A DNA stretch of 64,000 nt from an uncultured virus (IMG/VR IMGVR_UViG_3300027687_000005) (lineage: Duplodnaviria; Heunggongvirae; Uroviricota; Caudoviricetes): the IMG/VR virus record IMGVR_UViG_3300027687_000005. One strand, given 5' to 3'. Under the pieces are notes generated by a model. That model made no database searches, was not told the DNA's origin, and saw only the letters and a program-made list of their open reading frames with translations. The translations under genes were made by a program, and so were the position numbers. How positions within the stretch are numbered: position 1 is the first letter of the stretch; each line of letters begins with the position of its first letter. Below are positions 8,077-17,286 of this stretch, in pieces.

Positions 8077-8506
8077 AATTACACACATCATCGTTCACTG
8101 CGCTTATACGCCGCCGCAGATGGATATTGGTGCTGCAGATATCGATAGATGGCACCGTGAAAAAGGCTGGATGATGATCGGCTACCACGCAGTCATTAAA
8201 CGTGATGGTACTATTGAAGATGGTAGGCCTCTTGCTCGAACAGGCGCTCACGTTCGAGGCATGAACTCACGGTCCCGTGGCATCTGCCTGATAGGCGGCA
8301 TGAACAAAGAAAAGGATGGGCCAGCGGTCAACTACACAGATGAACAGTACGCATCTCTGCGTAAGCTTATCGTCGAGTGGCAGACTGACCACTTCCCCCT
8401 CGCTGTCGTCGCAGGACATACAGACTTTGACAAGAACAAGACCTGTCCTAACTTCGATGCTGCTCACTGGTTTGAACACGACGAAGTAATCAGCAACTTA
8501 GATTAA
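8069..8506 (+). CDS. N-acetylmuramoyl-L-alanine amidase (T7 gp3.5-like)
   Basis: IIVHC, IGYH, GAH, GICLIGG, GH..KTCPNFD. Confidence 0.95.
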   Translation: MNKITHIIVHCAYTPPQMDIGAADIDRWHREKGWMMIGYHAVIKRDGTIEDGRPLARTGAHVRGMNSRSRGICLIGGMNKEKDGPAVNYTDEQYASLRKLIVEWQTDHFPLAVVAGHTDFDKNKTCPNFDAAHWFEHDEVISNLD

Positions 8507-8511
8507 GTGGA

Positions 8512-8583
8512 GATAACTACTAACATTATAGTCTTATTTATCATCCTTAAATGGTCATAAGTAATACGGTGTTAGTAGTTATC
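8512..8583. repeat. 14-bp perfect inverted repeat closing a long AT-rich hairpin
   Basis: GATAACTACTAACA (8512-8525) / TGTTAGTAGTTATC (8570-8583). Confidence 0.85.
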
Positions 8584-8602
8584 AGGCTGTGGGAGATTAA
8601 TC

Positions 8603-8758
8603 ATGACTAAGCGATTACCCTTAAAAGGTGGAGATGAGTACGATGCTTTGAGTAAGGCACGTAAGTTTCTCCACTGGAAGGCTGGTCAATTGAAGAAGAT
8701 CAAACGTGCTTACAACAAAAGATTTCGTAAGCATTTAAAGGAGAGGACTGATGACTGA
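8603..8758 (+). CDS. 51-aa basic protein, near-identical to 61573..61734
   Basis: Own translation MTKRLPLKGGDEYDALSKARKFLHWKAGQLKKIKRAYNKRFRKH..; RBS GGGAG; mostly synonymous divergence from the second copy. Confidence 0.85.
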   Translation: MTKRLPLKGGDEYDALSKARKFLHWKAGQLKKIKRAYNKRFRKHLKERTDD

Positions 8759-8912
8759 AGGTACTATCCCAACGATTAAAATCACTGAGATAACCGACCA
8801 CGATGATGGGTCTGCTACTGTCACTCTGGATATGGAGCCAGAGACATACCATAAAATATTTAGCCACGGTTTCATCCACCTCTTAACAAAAGGTATGGAC
8901 CTAGATGACTAG
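8751..8912 (+). CDS. 53-aa hypothetical protein
   Basis: Own translation MTEGTIPTIKITEITDHDDGSATVTLDM..; RBS GGAGAGG; overlaps the upstream stop. Confidence 0.7.
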   Translation: MTEGTIPTIKITEITDHDDGSATVTLDMEPETYHKIFSHGFIHLLTKGMDLDD

Positions 8913-8913
8913 C

Positions 8914-8932
8914 CGATAGGCTGCACCCATAG
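8914..8932 (+). promoter_or_regulatory. putative phage RNAP promoter (variant)
   Basis: CGATAGGCTGCACCCATAG followed by CTC, as in the copies at 4305 and 6891. Confidence 0.55.
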
Positions 8933-8947
8933 CTCACAAAAAAATTT

Positions 8948-8971
8948 GGCTCACCTTCGGGTGGGCCTTTT
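8948..8971 (+). terminator. intrinsic terminator
   Basis: GGCTCACC-TTCG-GGTGGGCC-TTTT, with an A-run upstream. Confidence 0.75.
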
Positions 8972-8990
8972 GCATTTTAAAGGAGTGAAG

Positions 8991-9158
8991 ATGGCAATCA
9001 TCTTTTACCTACTCGGCTGCATTCTTATGGCTGACATTCTTCACGATGAAGACGACGAAATAAAATTGGTGCCTTGGATTATAAGCTCAATGCTGTGGCC
9101 CCTCGATGCACTGATTGCACTTTGGTACGGAATGTTCCGCACCTCCCCCCACGATTAA
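8991..9158 (+). CDS. small two-helix membrane protein
   Basis: RBS AAGGAG; hydrophobic-acidic loop-hydrophobic layout with WP motif; resembles 60843..61055. Confidence 0.7.
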   Translation: MAIIFYLLGCILMADILHDEDDEIKLVPWIISSMLWPLDALIALWYGMFRTSPHD

Positions 9159-9181
9159 CCCAGACAACTTGGAGATGACGC

Positions 9182-9382
9182 ATGTCACAGACACAAATCG
9201 TAATGAACCACCTGAATACCTACAAATCCATCAGTGCTTTGGAAGCCCAGAGTAACTACTCGATCTGGCGGCTTGCCGCTGTGGTCAACCGCCTCCGAAA
9301 CCGGGGGATGTCCCTTCATACCACGATGAAGACAGCACCGAACGGAGCGCGATATGCAGAGTACAAACTCGCAGGAGAGTAG
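9182..9382 (+). CDS. small winged helix-turn-helix protein
   Basis: SISALEA..IWRLAAVVNRLRNRG..RYAEY pattern typical of phage wHTH proteins. Confidence 0.75.
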   Translation: MSQTQIVMNHLNTYKSISALEAQSNYSIWRLAAVVNRLRNRGMSLHTTMKTAPNGARYAEYKLAGE

Positions 9383-10985
9383 TCTCCTCCACCACACCTC
9401 CTGCAAATGTGGATCGTCCGATGGTCGGGCGGTCTACTCAGACGGTGGGTCTTATTGCTTTGTCTGTAATGAATATCAAAAGGTAGGGTCAGCTATGCAA
9501 ACTGAATTCGCTCAATCTAAACCAGCGTCTGGTCTGTTACCTTTTGGTGAAGCGCAGGCATTAGGTAAACGAAAGCTCACTGAAGAAACCTGCAAGAAGT
9601 TTGGCTATACCATTGGCGAGTACCAAGGCCAGACAGTTCAGATAGCTAACTATCGTGGCAAGGATGGCTCGGTGGTGGCACAGAAGATCAGGCTCCCCGG
9701 CAAGAACTTCAAGATGCTCGGGGACGCTAAGGCAGCTGGCCTCTACGGTGAGCACCTCTGGCGTGACGGTGGTAAAATGCTGACTATTACAGAGGGAGAA
9801 ATTTGTGCGCTCTCTATGTCTCAAGCACAGGGTAATAAATTTCCAACGGTGTCCATAAGCACGGGCGCAGCTGGAGCCAAGCGGTGTATCCAGAACTCTC
9901 TTGAATTTGTAGAGAGCTTTGAAAAAGTTATCATCATGTTCGACAACGACACCGCTGGTCAGACTGCGGCCCTTGAGGTTGCCCAGCTGCTATCCCCCGG
10001 CAAGGCTCACATCGCTACATTATCAGAGAACGATCCTTCAGATATGATTGTAAACGGTAAGACCCGTGAGCTACTTGAAGCCATGTGGTCAGCTAAGGTC
10101 TACCGTCCCGATGGTATCATCAACGGTGAGGACCTTTGGGATGCTGTATCAAAGGATGATACAACACCTTCCATCCCTTACCCATTCCCCGGTCTCAATA
10201 CTAAGACACGAGGTATGCGCCGGGGTGAGCTAGTAACCATCACAGCTGGTAGTGGAGTTGGTAAGTCACAGGTCTGCCGCGAGATAGCTTATCATCTCAG
10301 TAATGAGGGAGAGAGCGTAGGCTACATCGCATTGGAAGAGAACGTGCGGCACACAGCTATCTCATTGATGGGCCTAGCTCTGGACAACCCTCTTCACCTA
10401 TCTCGTGATGGTGTGACTGAGGAAGAGATGCGAGATGCCTTCAACAAGACAGTCGGTAACGGAAGGTTTTTCGTCTACGATCATTTCGGATCAATGAGAA
10501 CTGACAACTTGCTATCTAAGGTGAGATACTTAGCCAAGGCATGTGGTGTTGGCTGGGTGATACTCGACCATTTATCGATAGTTGTTAGCTCGCAAGAAGA
10601 AGGGGATGAAAGACAGGCGATTGACCGTATAATGACACTGCTTCGGTCCCTTGTCGAAGAGACAGGTATCGGCCTCATCCTAGTGTCTCACTTGCGGCGT
10701 CCTGCAGGTGAGAAGGGATGGGAAAATGGTATGCAAGTCACGCTCAATTCATTGCGTGGAAGTGCATCAATCGCGCAGCTGTCGGACATGTGTCTGTCAG
10801 TTGAACGGGACCAACAGGGTGAGAACCCGAATGTAGCCACAGTCCGTTGTTTAAAAAATCGCCACTCAGGTGAGACAGGCATTGGCTGCTATCTGCACTA
10901 CAACAAAGACACAGGACGAATGGTTGAGGTCGATGACCCCAACATCTTTGAGGATGCTGCTGACGATGGCAGCTCAGACTTCTAG
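9354..10985 (+). CDS. DNA primase/helicase (T7 gp4-like)
   Basis: Zn finger CKCGSSD..CFVC, TOPRIM TEGEICA / FDND, Walker A GSGVGKS, ILDHL, LRGS, KNRHSG. Confidence 0.97.
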   Translation: MQSTNSQESSLLHHTSCKCGSSDGRAVYSDGGSYCFVCNEYQKVGSAMQTEFAQSKPASGLLPFGEAQALGKRKLTEETCKKFGYTIGEYQGQTVQIANYRGKDGSVVAQKIRLPGKNFKMLGDAKAAGLYGEHLWRDGGKMLTITEGEICALSMSQAQGNKFPTVSISTGAAGAKRCIQNSLEFVESFEKVIIMFDNDTAGQTAALEVAQLLSPGKAHIATLSENDPSDMIVNGKTRELLEAMWSAKVYRPDGIINGEDLWDAVSKDDTTPSIPYPFPGLNTKTRGMRRGELVTITAGSGVGKSQVCREIAYHLSNEGESVGYIALEENVRHTAISLMGLALDNPLHLSRDGVTEEEMRDAFNKTVGNGRFFVYDHFGSMRTDNLLSKVRYLAKACGVGWVILDHLSIVVSSQEEGDERQAIDRIMTLLRSLVEETGIGLILVSHLRRPAGEKGWENGMQVTLNSLRGSASIAQLSDMCLSVERDQQGENPNVATVRCLKNRHSGETGIGCYLHYNKDTGRMVEVDDPNIFEDAADDGSSDF

Positions 10986-11006
10986 CTAGTCGAGAGGGAC
11001 AGCATA

Positions 11007-12842
11007 ATGAAACGTATTCTATTTGATATTGAAACCGATGGCCTATTGCCAGACCTGACTAAGGTCCACAGCCTCGTACTGTTGGACATGGACACTGAAG
11101 AAGAACTAAGCTGTGCAGATCAAAAGGGCTACACATCTATCGCGGATGGCATGTCATACCTCAAGAGTGCAGAGCTTTTGGCGGGACATAATATTCAGGG
11201 CTTCGACTTCCCTGCCCTACATAAACTGTTCGGCTTTGAGTACAGTGGTGAGATACACGATACGTTAATTATGTCTCGGCTAGTCTGGTCGGACCTGAAG
11301 AACAATGACTTTGAATACATCAAGAAACCCAGAGGTGCTAACTTTCCCCGACAACTCATAGGCTCCCATTCCCTCAAGGCGTGGGGGTTACGTTTGGGTA
11401 ACCACAAGGATGGCTACAGTGACGGGTGGGACGAATGGTCAGAGGCAATGCAAACGTATTGCGTTCAGGACTGTCGAGCTAACCTAACATTCTACAAGCG
11501 CATCATGTCCAAGAAGCCCAGCGCACAGAGCGTCAAGCTAGAGCATGACTTCGCTCATGTCATCCGCAAACAGGAAGCGCATGGCTTTCACTTTGATGAG
11601 GTGAAGGCACACAAACTCTTGGCAACTTTACAGGGACGCCAAGCGGAGCTGAACGATGAGCTGCAGGTTGCCTTCAAGCCGTGGGAAATCAGGGAACCCT
11701 TTACACCCAAGGTCAACAACAAGGCCCGAGGGTATGTGAAAGGACAGCTGACTTACAAGGTCAAGGAAGTTGTATTTAATCCCGCAAGCAGGGACCACAT
11801 AGCAGACAGATTGCAAACGCTAGGCTGGGTCGCGAAAGCACACACAGAGCAGGGCAAGGCCAAGGTAGATGAGACTGTACTCGCAGGCTTAGACTATCCT
11901 GAAGCTGCGCTACTCAATGAGTATTTGATGCTGAACAAAAGGATTGGGCAGTTAGCTGTAGGTCAAAATGCTTGGCTGAAGAAAGTACAGAATGGAAAGA
12001 TACATGGTCAAGTCAATACAAATGGTGCGTCCACTGGGCGCTGTACGCACAACAGGCCTAACGTAGCTCAGACACCTAGCGTCAATGCTCCGTATGGCAC
12101 TCAGTGTCGTGAGTTGTTCTACGCACCAGAGGGTTACTCTTTAGTTGGAGCAGATTTATCCGGCTTAGAATTGAGATGCCTCGCCCACATGATGGCGAAG
12201 TACGATGGAGGTTCCTACACAAATGTTGTCCTCAATGGAGATGTGCATTCGGTCAATCAGAAGGCCGCTGGGCTACCTGACAGGTCCAGCTCAAAGGTAT
12301 TCATATATGGATTCCTGTATGGGGCAGGCGCTGCCAAGATTGGTTCCATCGTTGGTGGTACTGAGAAGGAAGGCAGGGCGTTAATCAATAAGTTCATGAA
12401 AGCTACCCCTGCTCTTAGGGAGCTTCGGATAGCTGTGCAGGAAACCATCTATGGTAGGTGGATCAAGGATTCAAACGGAAACCGCATAAAGATTAAAGAA
12501 GGTAGAGGGCACTTACTTGGACTGGATGGCAGGAAACTCTCCATCCGCAGCCCTCATTCAGCTTTGAATGTACTGCTGCAATCCGCAGGGGCGCTGCTAG
12601 CCAAGCAGGCCACAGTATTCCTGTACGAAAATCTAACCATTAAAGGTTACAAATGGGGCGAAGACTATGCCCAAGTTGCACACGTTCATGACGAAGTGCA
12701 GCTCATAGCTAGAAAGGAAATAGCTGAAGATGTCGGAAGAGAAGCAGTTAAATCTTTTCAACTCGCCGGGGAACACTTTAACTTCAGATGCCCTATCACA
12801 GGAGAGTTCAAGATCGGTAACAACTGGGCAGACACGCACTAA
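11007..12842 (+). CDS. family A DNA polymerase (T7 gp5-like)
   Basis: Exonuclease FDIET, motif A DLSGLELR, motif B KVFIYGFLYG, motif C VHDE. Confidence 0.97.
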   Translation: MKRILFDIETDGLLPDLTKVHSLVLLDMDTEEELSCADQKGYTSIADGMSYLKSAELLAGHNIQGFDFPALHKLFGFEYSGEIHDTLIMSRLVWSDLKNNDFEYIKKPRGANFPRQLIGSHSLKAWGLRLGNHKDGYSDGWDEWSEAMQTYCVQDCRANLTFYKRIMSKKPSAQSVKLEHDFAHVIRKQEAHGFHFDEVKAHKLLATLQGRQAELNDELQVAFKPWEIREPFTPKVNNKARGYVKGQLTYKVKEVVFNPASRDHIADRLQTLGWVAKAHTEQGKAKVDETVLAGLDYPEAALLNEYLMLNKRIGQLAVGQNAWLKKVQNGKIHGQVNTNGASTGRCTHNRPNVAQTPSVNAPYGTQCRELFYAPEGYSLVGADLSGLELRCLAHMMAKYDGGSYTNVVLNGDVHSVNQKAAGLPDRSSSKVFIYGFLYGAGAAKIGSIVGGTEKEGRALINKFMKATPALRELRIAVQETIYGRWIKDSNGNRIKIKEGRGHLLGLDGRKLSIRSPHSALNVLLQSAGALLAKQATVFLYENLTIKGYKWGEDYAQVAHVHDEVQLIARKEIAEDVGREAVKSFQLAGEHFNFRCPITGEFKIGNNWADTH

Positions 12843-12861
12843 AAATCCTCACTCAATTAAG

Positions 12862-13125
12862 ATGCGAGAGTTTACGCGCAGCCGAAAGAAACAGCTTGTC
12901 GCCTACATGGGCGGCAAGTGTGAGAGATGCTTGAAGGTGTATCACCCTAATGTTTACGACTTCCATCACCACGACCACACCCTGAAAGTGTTCGGGGTAT
13001 CCCAAGCTAACATGCAGAGGTCTTGGCATAACTTAGTAAGGGAGACAGATAAGTGTCACCTCCTCTGCTCGAACTGTCACCGCGAAGTTCACACCTACCA
13101 CCCCGCAAAGTTTATTAAAATCTAA
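12862..13125 (+). CDS. HNH endonuclease
   Basis: CERC..DFHH..C.LLCSNCH; the frame is open back to 12730, so the start is uncertain. Confidence 0.8.
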   Translation: MREFTRSRKKQLVAYMGGKCERCLKVYHPNVYDFHHHDHTLKVFGVSQANMQRSWHNLVRETDKCHLLCSNCHREVHTYHPAKFIKI

Positions 13126-13141
13126 CCGTTAAGGAATAGAA

Positions 13142-13780
13142 ATGACTGATGTATCCTACATTGCACATCACGGCTCAGACGATCTGGTCGTGGATGCAGC
13201 CCGAGTATCCTTTGATAAGCAAGCGGAAGCCTATGGCCCCCACCAGAACGAGCGTCTGATTAACTTCCTCGCTCGTGAACAGCACACCCATCCCTTCACG
13301 CACCCAGTAGCAACCTTCCGCTGCACCGCACCAATCTTCGTGAGCAGACAACTTGCAAAACACCAAGTCGGTGGAACGTGGAATGAGGTCAGCCGCAGGT
13401 ACATCAAGTCTTCACCATCCTACTGGAAGCCTAAGTTTTTCAGGGGTTCTGCAGCTGACGTTAAGCAAGGCTCAAGTGCTGAAGCTCACCGCAGGAGTGA
13501 AGAGTTCCTAGAGGAATACCACGACATCTGCATCGATGCGATTGCTACCTATAATAAGATGGTGGCGCTGGGCATCTGCGCCGAACAGGCACGGGCTATC
13601 CTTCCGCAGGGTGCTATCACTGAGTGGGTGTGGACCGGGAGCCTACTGTTCTGGTCCCGCGTCTACAACCTACGCATCAAACCAGACACTCAAAAAGAAA
13701 CTAGAGACTTTGCAGAACTGCTCGGTGAGCAGATGGCATCACTCTACCCAATCTCATGGAAGGCGCTGACAGATGGATGA
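13142..13780 (+). CDS. thyX: FAD-dependent thymidylate synthase
   Basis: AARVSF, PIFVSRQLAKH, NEVSRRY, EQARAILP. Confidence 0.95.
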   Translation: MTDVSYIAHHGSDDLVVDAARVSFDKQAEAYGPHQNERLINFLAREQHTHPFTHPVATFRCTAPIFVSRQLAKHQVGGTWNEVSRRYIKSSPSYWKPKFFRGSAADVKQGSSAEAHRRSEEFLEEYHDICIDAIATYNKMVALGICAEQARAILPQGAITEWVWTGSLLFWSRVYNLRIKPDTQKETRDFAELLGEQMASLYPISWKALTDG

Positions 13781-13973
13781 AGGTACAGAACTGATAGTAT
13801 TCACAGCTATGTCAGCAAGCATAGCCAAGCTAGCTGAAGTCTACTCCTCAGTAGATGACATCAACATGCGAAACATAGTCCACGATGCAGCCCTGATCTG
13901 CTTACAGGTTATGACCATCGATGACTCCATGACTGCAGAGTTGATGTCCCTTGATGGGGGTAAAATGCAATGA
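13773..13973 (+). CDS. hypothetical protein
   Basis: Overlaps both neighbours within the operon. Confidence 0.65.
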   Translation: MDEGTELIVFTAMSASIAKLAEVYSSVDDINMRNIVHDAALICLQVMTIDDSMTAELMSLDGGKMQ

Positions 13974-14710
13974 CCAAGTTTCTCATAGATGCAGACATCG
14001 TGGCCTTCAAAGCTGCTATTAATGCTGAGCGCCCTATCGATTGGGGTGATGGGATGTGGACCCTCCACGCTTACGAACATGAGGGTATCCAATACATCCA
14101 CGATTACCTCAACAAGGTGACAGATAAGATTGGTGAGGGTGAGTTTGTTATGTTCATCACTGACCCAAGTAACTGGCGCAAGGATATCCTGCCCTCCTAC
14201 AAATCCAATAGGAAAGCTGTAAGGCGTCCACTACTTCTGAAGGCCCTACGACAGTACCTTCTAGATGAGATGGGTGCTGTCATGGTTGTTAATATGGAAG
14301 CAGACGATTTACTTGGTATCACTTCTACCAACGAGCCTGACTGTGTCATTATCAGTGAGGACAAGGACCTAGCTACCATCCCCGGTAAGCTCTTCAACCC
14401 AGCTAAGGATGAAGCAGTTCGCACCATCACTGAGTTCGAGGCTGACTACTTCCACATGCTGCAGGCTCTCACAGGTGATGCAGTCGATGGCTATAAAGGC
14501 TTGGATGGTTGTGGTCCGAAAACAGCAGAAAAAATCTTGGACGGTTGCAAGACACCCATGGAGATGTGGGCAGCTGTTGTTAACGCCTACGAAAAGAAGG
14601 GCCTCTCCGAATTTGTAGCCACCACCCAAGCACGAGTGGCTCGAATATGTCGGAAAGATGATTTTGATTTCAACACAGGAAAGGTAATTCTATGGACACC
14701 CCCGACATAG
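13970..14710 (+). CDS. 5'-3' exonuclease (T7 gp6-like)
   Basis: LIDAD, YKSNR, EADD, DKD, GDAVDGYKG..GPKTA. Confidence 0.95.
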   Translation: MTKFLIDADIVAFKAAINAERPIDWGDGMWTLHAYEHEGIQYIHDYLNKVTDKIGEGEFVMFITDPSNWRKDILPSYKSNRKAVRRPLLLKALRQYLLDEMGAVMVVNMEADDLLGITSTNEPDCVIISEDKDLATIPGKLFNPAKDEAVRTITEFEADYFHMLQALTGDAVDGYKGLDGCGPKTAEKILDGCKTPMEMWAAVVNAYEKKGLSEFVATTQARVARICRKDDFDFNTGKVILWTPPT

Positions 14711-14937
14711 TAACACGCCCAGCGCATTACACTCAGTTTGCCATCGAGCCTATCGAGTTCATCCTCCGTAACTCCCTGCCTTTCCACACTGGTAACATCA
14801 TTAAGTATTCAATGAGGGCTGGTAGTAAACTCTACGATGGCATGGACCCTGTGGAGAGTGAGGTCACCGACCTTAAAAAGGTAATGCGGTATGCACAGAT
14901 GCGGATCAACCAACTGCGAGGGGACTGCATCCTATGA
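14692..14937 (+). CDS. DUF3310 family protein (T7 gp1.7 nucleotide-kinase-like)
   Basis: V.RPAHY..IEPI..GNIIKY..R..DLKK. Confidence 0.8.
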   Translation: MDTPDIVTRPAHYTQFAIEPIEFILRNSLPFHTGNIIKYSMRAGSKLYDGMDPVESEVTDLKKVMRYAQMRINQLRGDCIL

Positions 14938-14977
14938 GCCAGTCACACAATCTTAAAGCTTACATTGGAATAATATA

Positions 14978-15298
14978 ATGCCCCTGAACTTAGACAAGTA
15001 CCAACGCCTAGCTGCGACAACTGCAATATATCCAGAAGATAAAGCATTGGAATTTTTAACCTCTGGCCTGACAGGTGAGGTGGGCGAGCTGATGAGTAAG
15101 GTAGCCAAGTGGTATCGCAAAGATAATGCCTACCCACACACAGCGGTACTTGATGAACTAGGGGATATCCTTTGGTTCGTTAGTGAACTCGCACGAGTAC
15201 ATAACTGTGAGCTGTCAGTATTAGCACAAAAGAATTTGGACAAGTTGGCATCCCGCAAAGAGCGCGGTGCCTTGCAGGGTAATGGGGACAATCGATGA
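14978..15298 (+). CDS. mazG: MazG-like NTP pyrophosphohydrolase
   Basis: GLTGEVGE, ELGDILW, NLDKL.SR..RG..G.GDNR. Confidence 0.9.
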   Translation: MPLNLDKYQRLAATTAIYPEDKALEFLTSGLTGEVGELMSKVAKWYRKDNAYPHTAVLDELGDILWFVSELARVHNCELSVLAQKNLDKLASRKERGALQGNGDNR

Positions 15299-17277
15299 CA
15301 GACGTAAGAGCTGCGGTGGTAACACGCCGCACATATAACAGGCCACTCAACGATGAGGGGACTGTGTTCGAGACTTGGGAGCAGACAGTTGGTAGGGTTA
15401 TTAACCACCAGCAGTGGCTCTGGGAACGAGCTAAAACTGAGAAGCTTAACCAAGGGGAACTTGGAGAGCTAGAAGAACTACGGATACTCATGCTTGAGCG
15501 TAGGGCTACAACATCAGGCCGCACCTTGTGGCTTGGTGGCACAGACGTAGCTAAGAAGCACGAGGCCTCACAGTTCAATTGTAGCTTCGGACGTATCGAG
15601 ACAGTTCACGATGTAGTTGATGCCTTCTGGCTGCTACTGCAGGGCTGTGGTGTAGGCTTCGAGCCTGTGGTTGGCACTCTTAATGGCTTCGCTAAGGAGA
15701 CAGAGGTTGAGATGTGGCGTTCAGACCGTGAAGGCAAAGGTCGTGAGGACAACATCTCACAGCTGCGCTCTATCGGTGATGAGGGCTACCGGGTCTACAA
15801 GCTGACCATTGGTGATAGTGCTAAGGCATGGGCTAAAGCCTTGGGGAAACTCATGGCCCTGAAGGACCCTGTGGACAAGATCATCTTGGACTTCAGTGAA
15901 ATCCGTCCAGCTGGTACACGCCTCAAAGGGTACGGATGGATCAGTTCAGGGGACGATACACTTCACATCGCCCTGGGTAAAATCTGTGACATCATGAACA
16001 AACGTGCAGGGCAGCTACTGACCCGCATGGATATCCTAGACCTCCTCAACCACATGGGTACTACACTGTCCTCCCGTCGATCTGCAGAGATTGCTGTGAT
16101 GCCTGTCGATGACCTAGAGGCTGATGAGTTCATCTCAGCTAAGAAAGACTTCTGGCTTCACGACAACGCCCACCGCCAGCAGTCCAACAACTCTCTGATG
16201 TTCTATAAGAAGCCTACCAAGTGGGAACTGTCCTACATCTTTGACCGTATGGTTGAAGCTGGTGGGTCTGAACCGGGCTTCATCAATGCAGAAGCAGCCC
16301 TTAAACGTGCTCCTCACTTCAAGGGAGTTAACCCATGTGCGGAAATTCTATTAGGTAACAAGAGTTTCTGTAACCTAGTTGAGGTAGATTGGGGTAAATA
16401 CGTTGATGACTTTGAAGGATTGCAACATGCTGTGTACCTAGCAGCCCGTGCTAACTACCGTCAGACTTGTGTGAACTTGGATGATGGTATCCTTCAACGA
16501 TCTTGGCACGAGCTGAATGAGTTTCTTCGCCTGTGTGGTGTAGGTGCTACAGGCATCGTGAAGTTTCTCGATTACAATAAGCATATGAACATCCCCAGTA
16601 TGCTGCAGATACTGCGAGCTTCAGCTAAAAATGGTGCTAACTCAATTGCAGATGAACTAGGTCTACCAAGGGCCAAGCTTGTCTCAACTATCAAGCCAAG
16701 TGGAACCCTTTCAAAGGTCATGTCAACTACTGAGGGAGTACATCGACCTCTAGGGAAGTACCTCTTCAACAACGTCACCTTCTCTAAGCATGACCCAATA
16801 GTACCCATCATGACTGCAGCTAACTACACAGTCATCGAGAAACCCTTTGAACCTGACAGTGTCCTAATCACCTTCCCGGTGGCCTATGATGATGTTGAGT
16901 TCCAAGTGGTGGATGGTAAGTTCGTAAACCTTGAGACTGCTGTGCAACAGCTGGATCGATACAAGCTTATGATGGACAACTATGTAGACCATAACTGTTC
17001 AGTCACCATCAGCTATGACCCCCCTGAAATACCCTCCATCATCAATTGGATTATGGAGAACTGGGATACCTATGTTGGTGTATCGTTCATCTATCGCAAC
17101 GATCCGACCAAGACAGCAGCCGACCTTGGCTATGCCTATCTCCCACAAGAGGTAGTCACTAAGGAGACATATGATGTGTATGTCTCAACGCTTGCAAATG
17201 TAGACATCGAGAACGCTAATTCATTCGACGAATTAACAGACGATGAATGCGCCACCGGGGCCTGCCCCATCCGCTAA
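15295..17277 (+). CDS. nrdJ: class II (B12-dependent) ribonucleotide reductase
   Basis: RTYNRP, FNCSF, NPCAE, TIKPSGT, C-terminal CATGACP; no small-subunit gene nearby. Confidence 0.9.
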   Translation: MTDVRAAVVTRRTYNRPLNDEGTVFETWEQTVGRVINHQQWLWERAKTEKLNQGELGELEELRILMLERRATTSGRTLWLGGTDVAKKHEASQFNCSFGRIETVHDVVDAFWLLLQGCGVGFEPVVGTLNGFAKETEVEMWRSDREGKGREDNISQLRSIGDEGYRVYKLTIGDSAKAWAKALGKLMALKDPVDKIILDFSEIRPAGTRLKGYGWISSGDDTLHIALGKICDIMNKRAGQLLTRMDILDLLNHMGTTLSSRRSAEIAVMPVDDLEADEFISAKKDFWLHDNAHRQQSNNSLMFYKKPTKWELSYIFDRMVEAGGSEPGFINAEAALKRAPHFKGVNPCAEILLGNKSFCNLVEVDWGKYVDDFEGLQHAVYLAARANYRQTCVNLDDGILQRSWHELNEFLRLCGVGATGIVKFLDYNKHMNIPSMLQILRASAKNGANSIADELGLPRAKLVSTIKPSGTLSKVMSTTEGVHRPLGKYLFNNVTFSKHDPIVPIMTAANYTVIEKPFEPDSVLITFPVAYDDVEFQVVDGKFVNLETAVQQLDRYKLMMDNYVDHNCSVTISYDPPEIPSIINWIMENWDTYVGVSFIYRNDPTKTAADLGYAYLPQEVVTKETYDVYVSTLANVDIENANSFDELTDDECATGACPIR

Positions 17278-17286
17278 GGTAAAATA

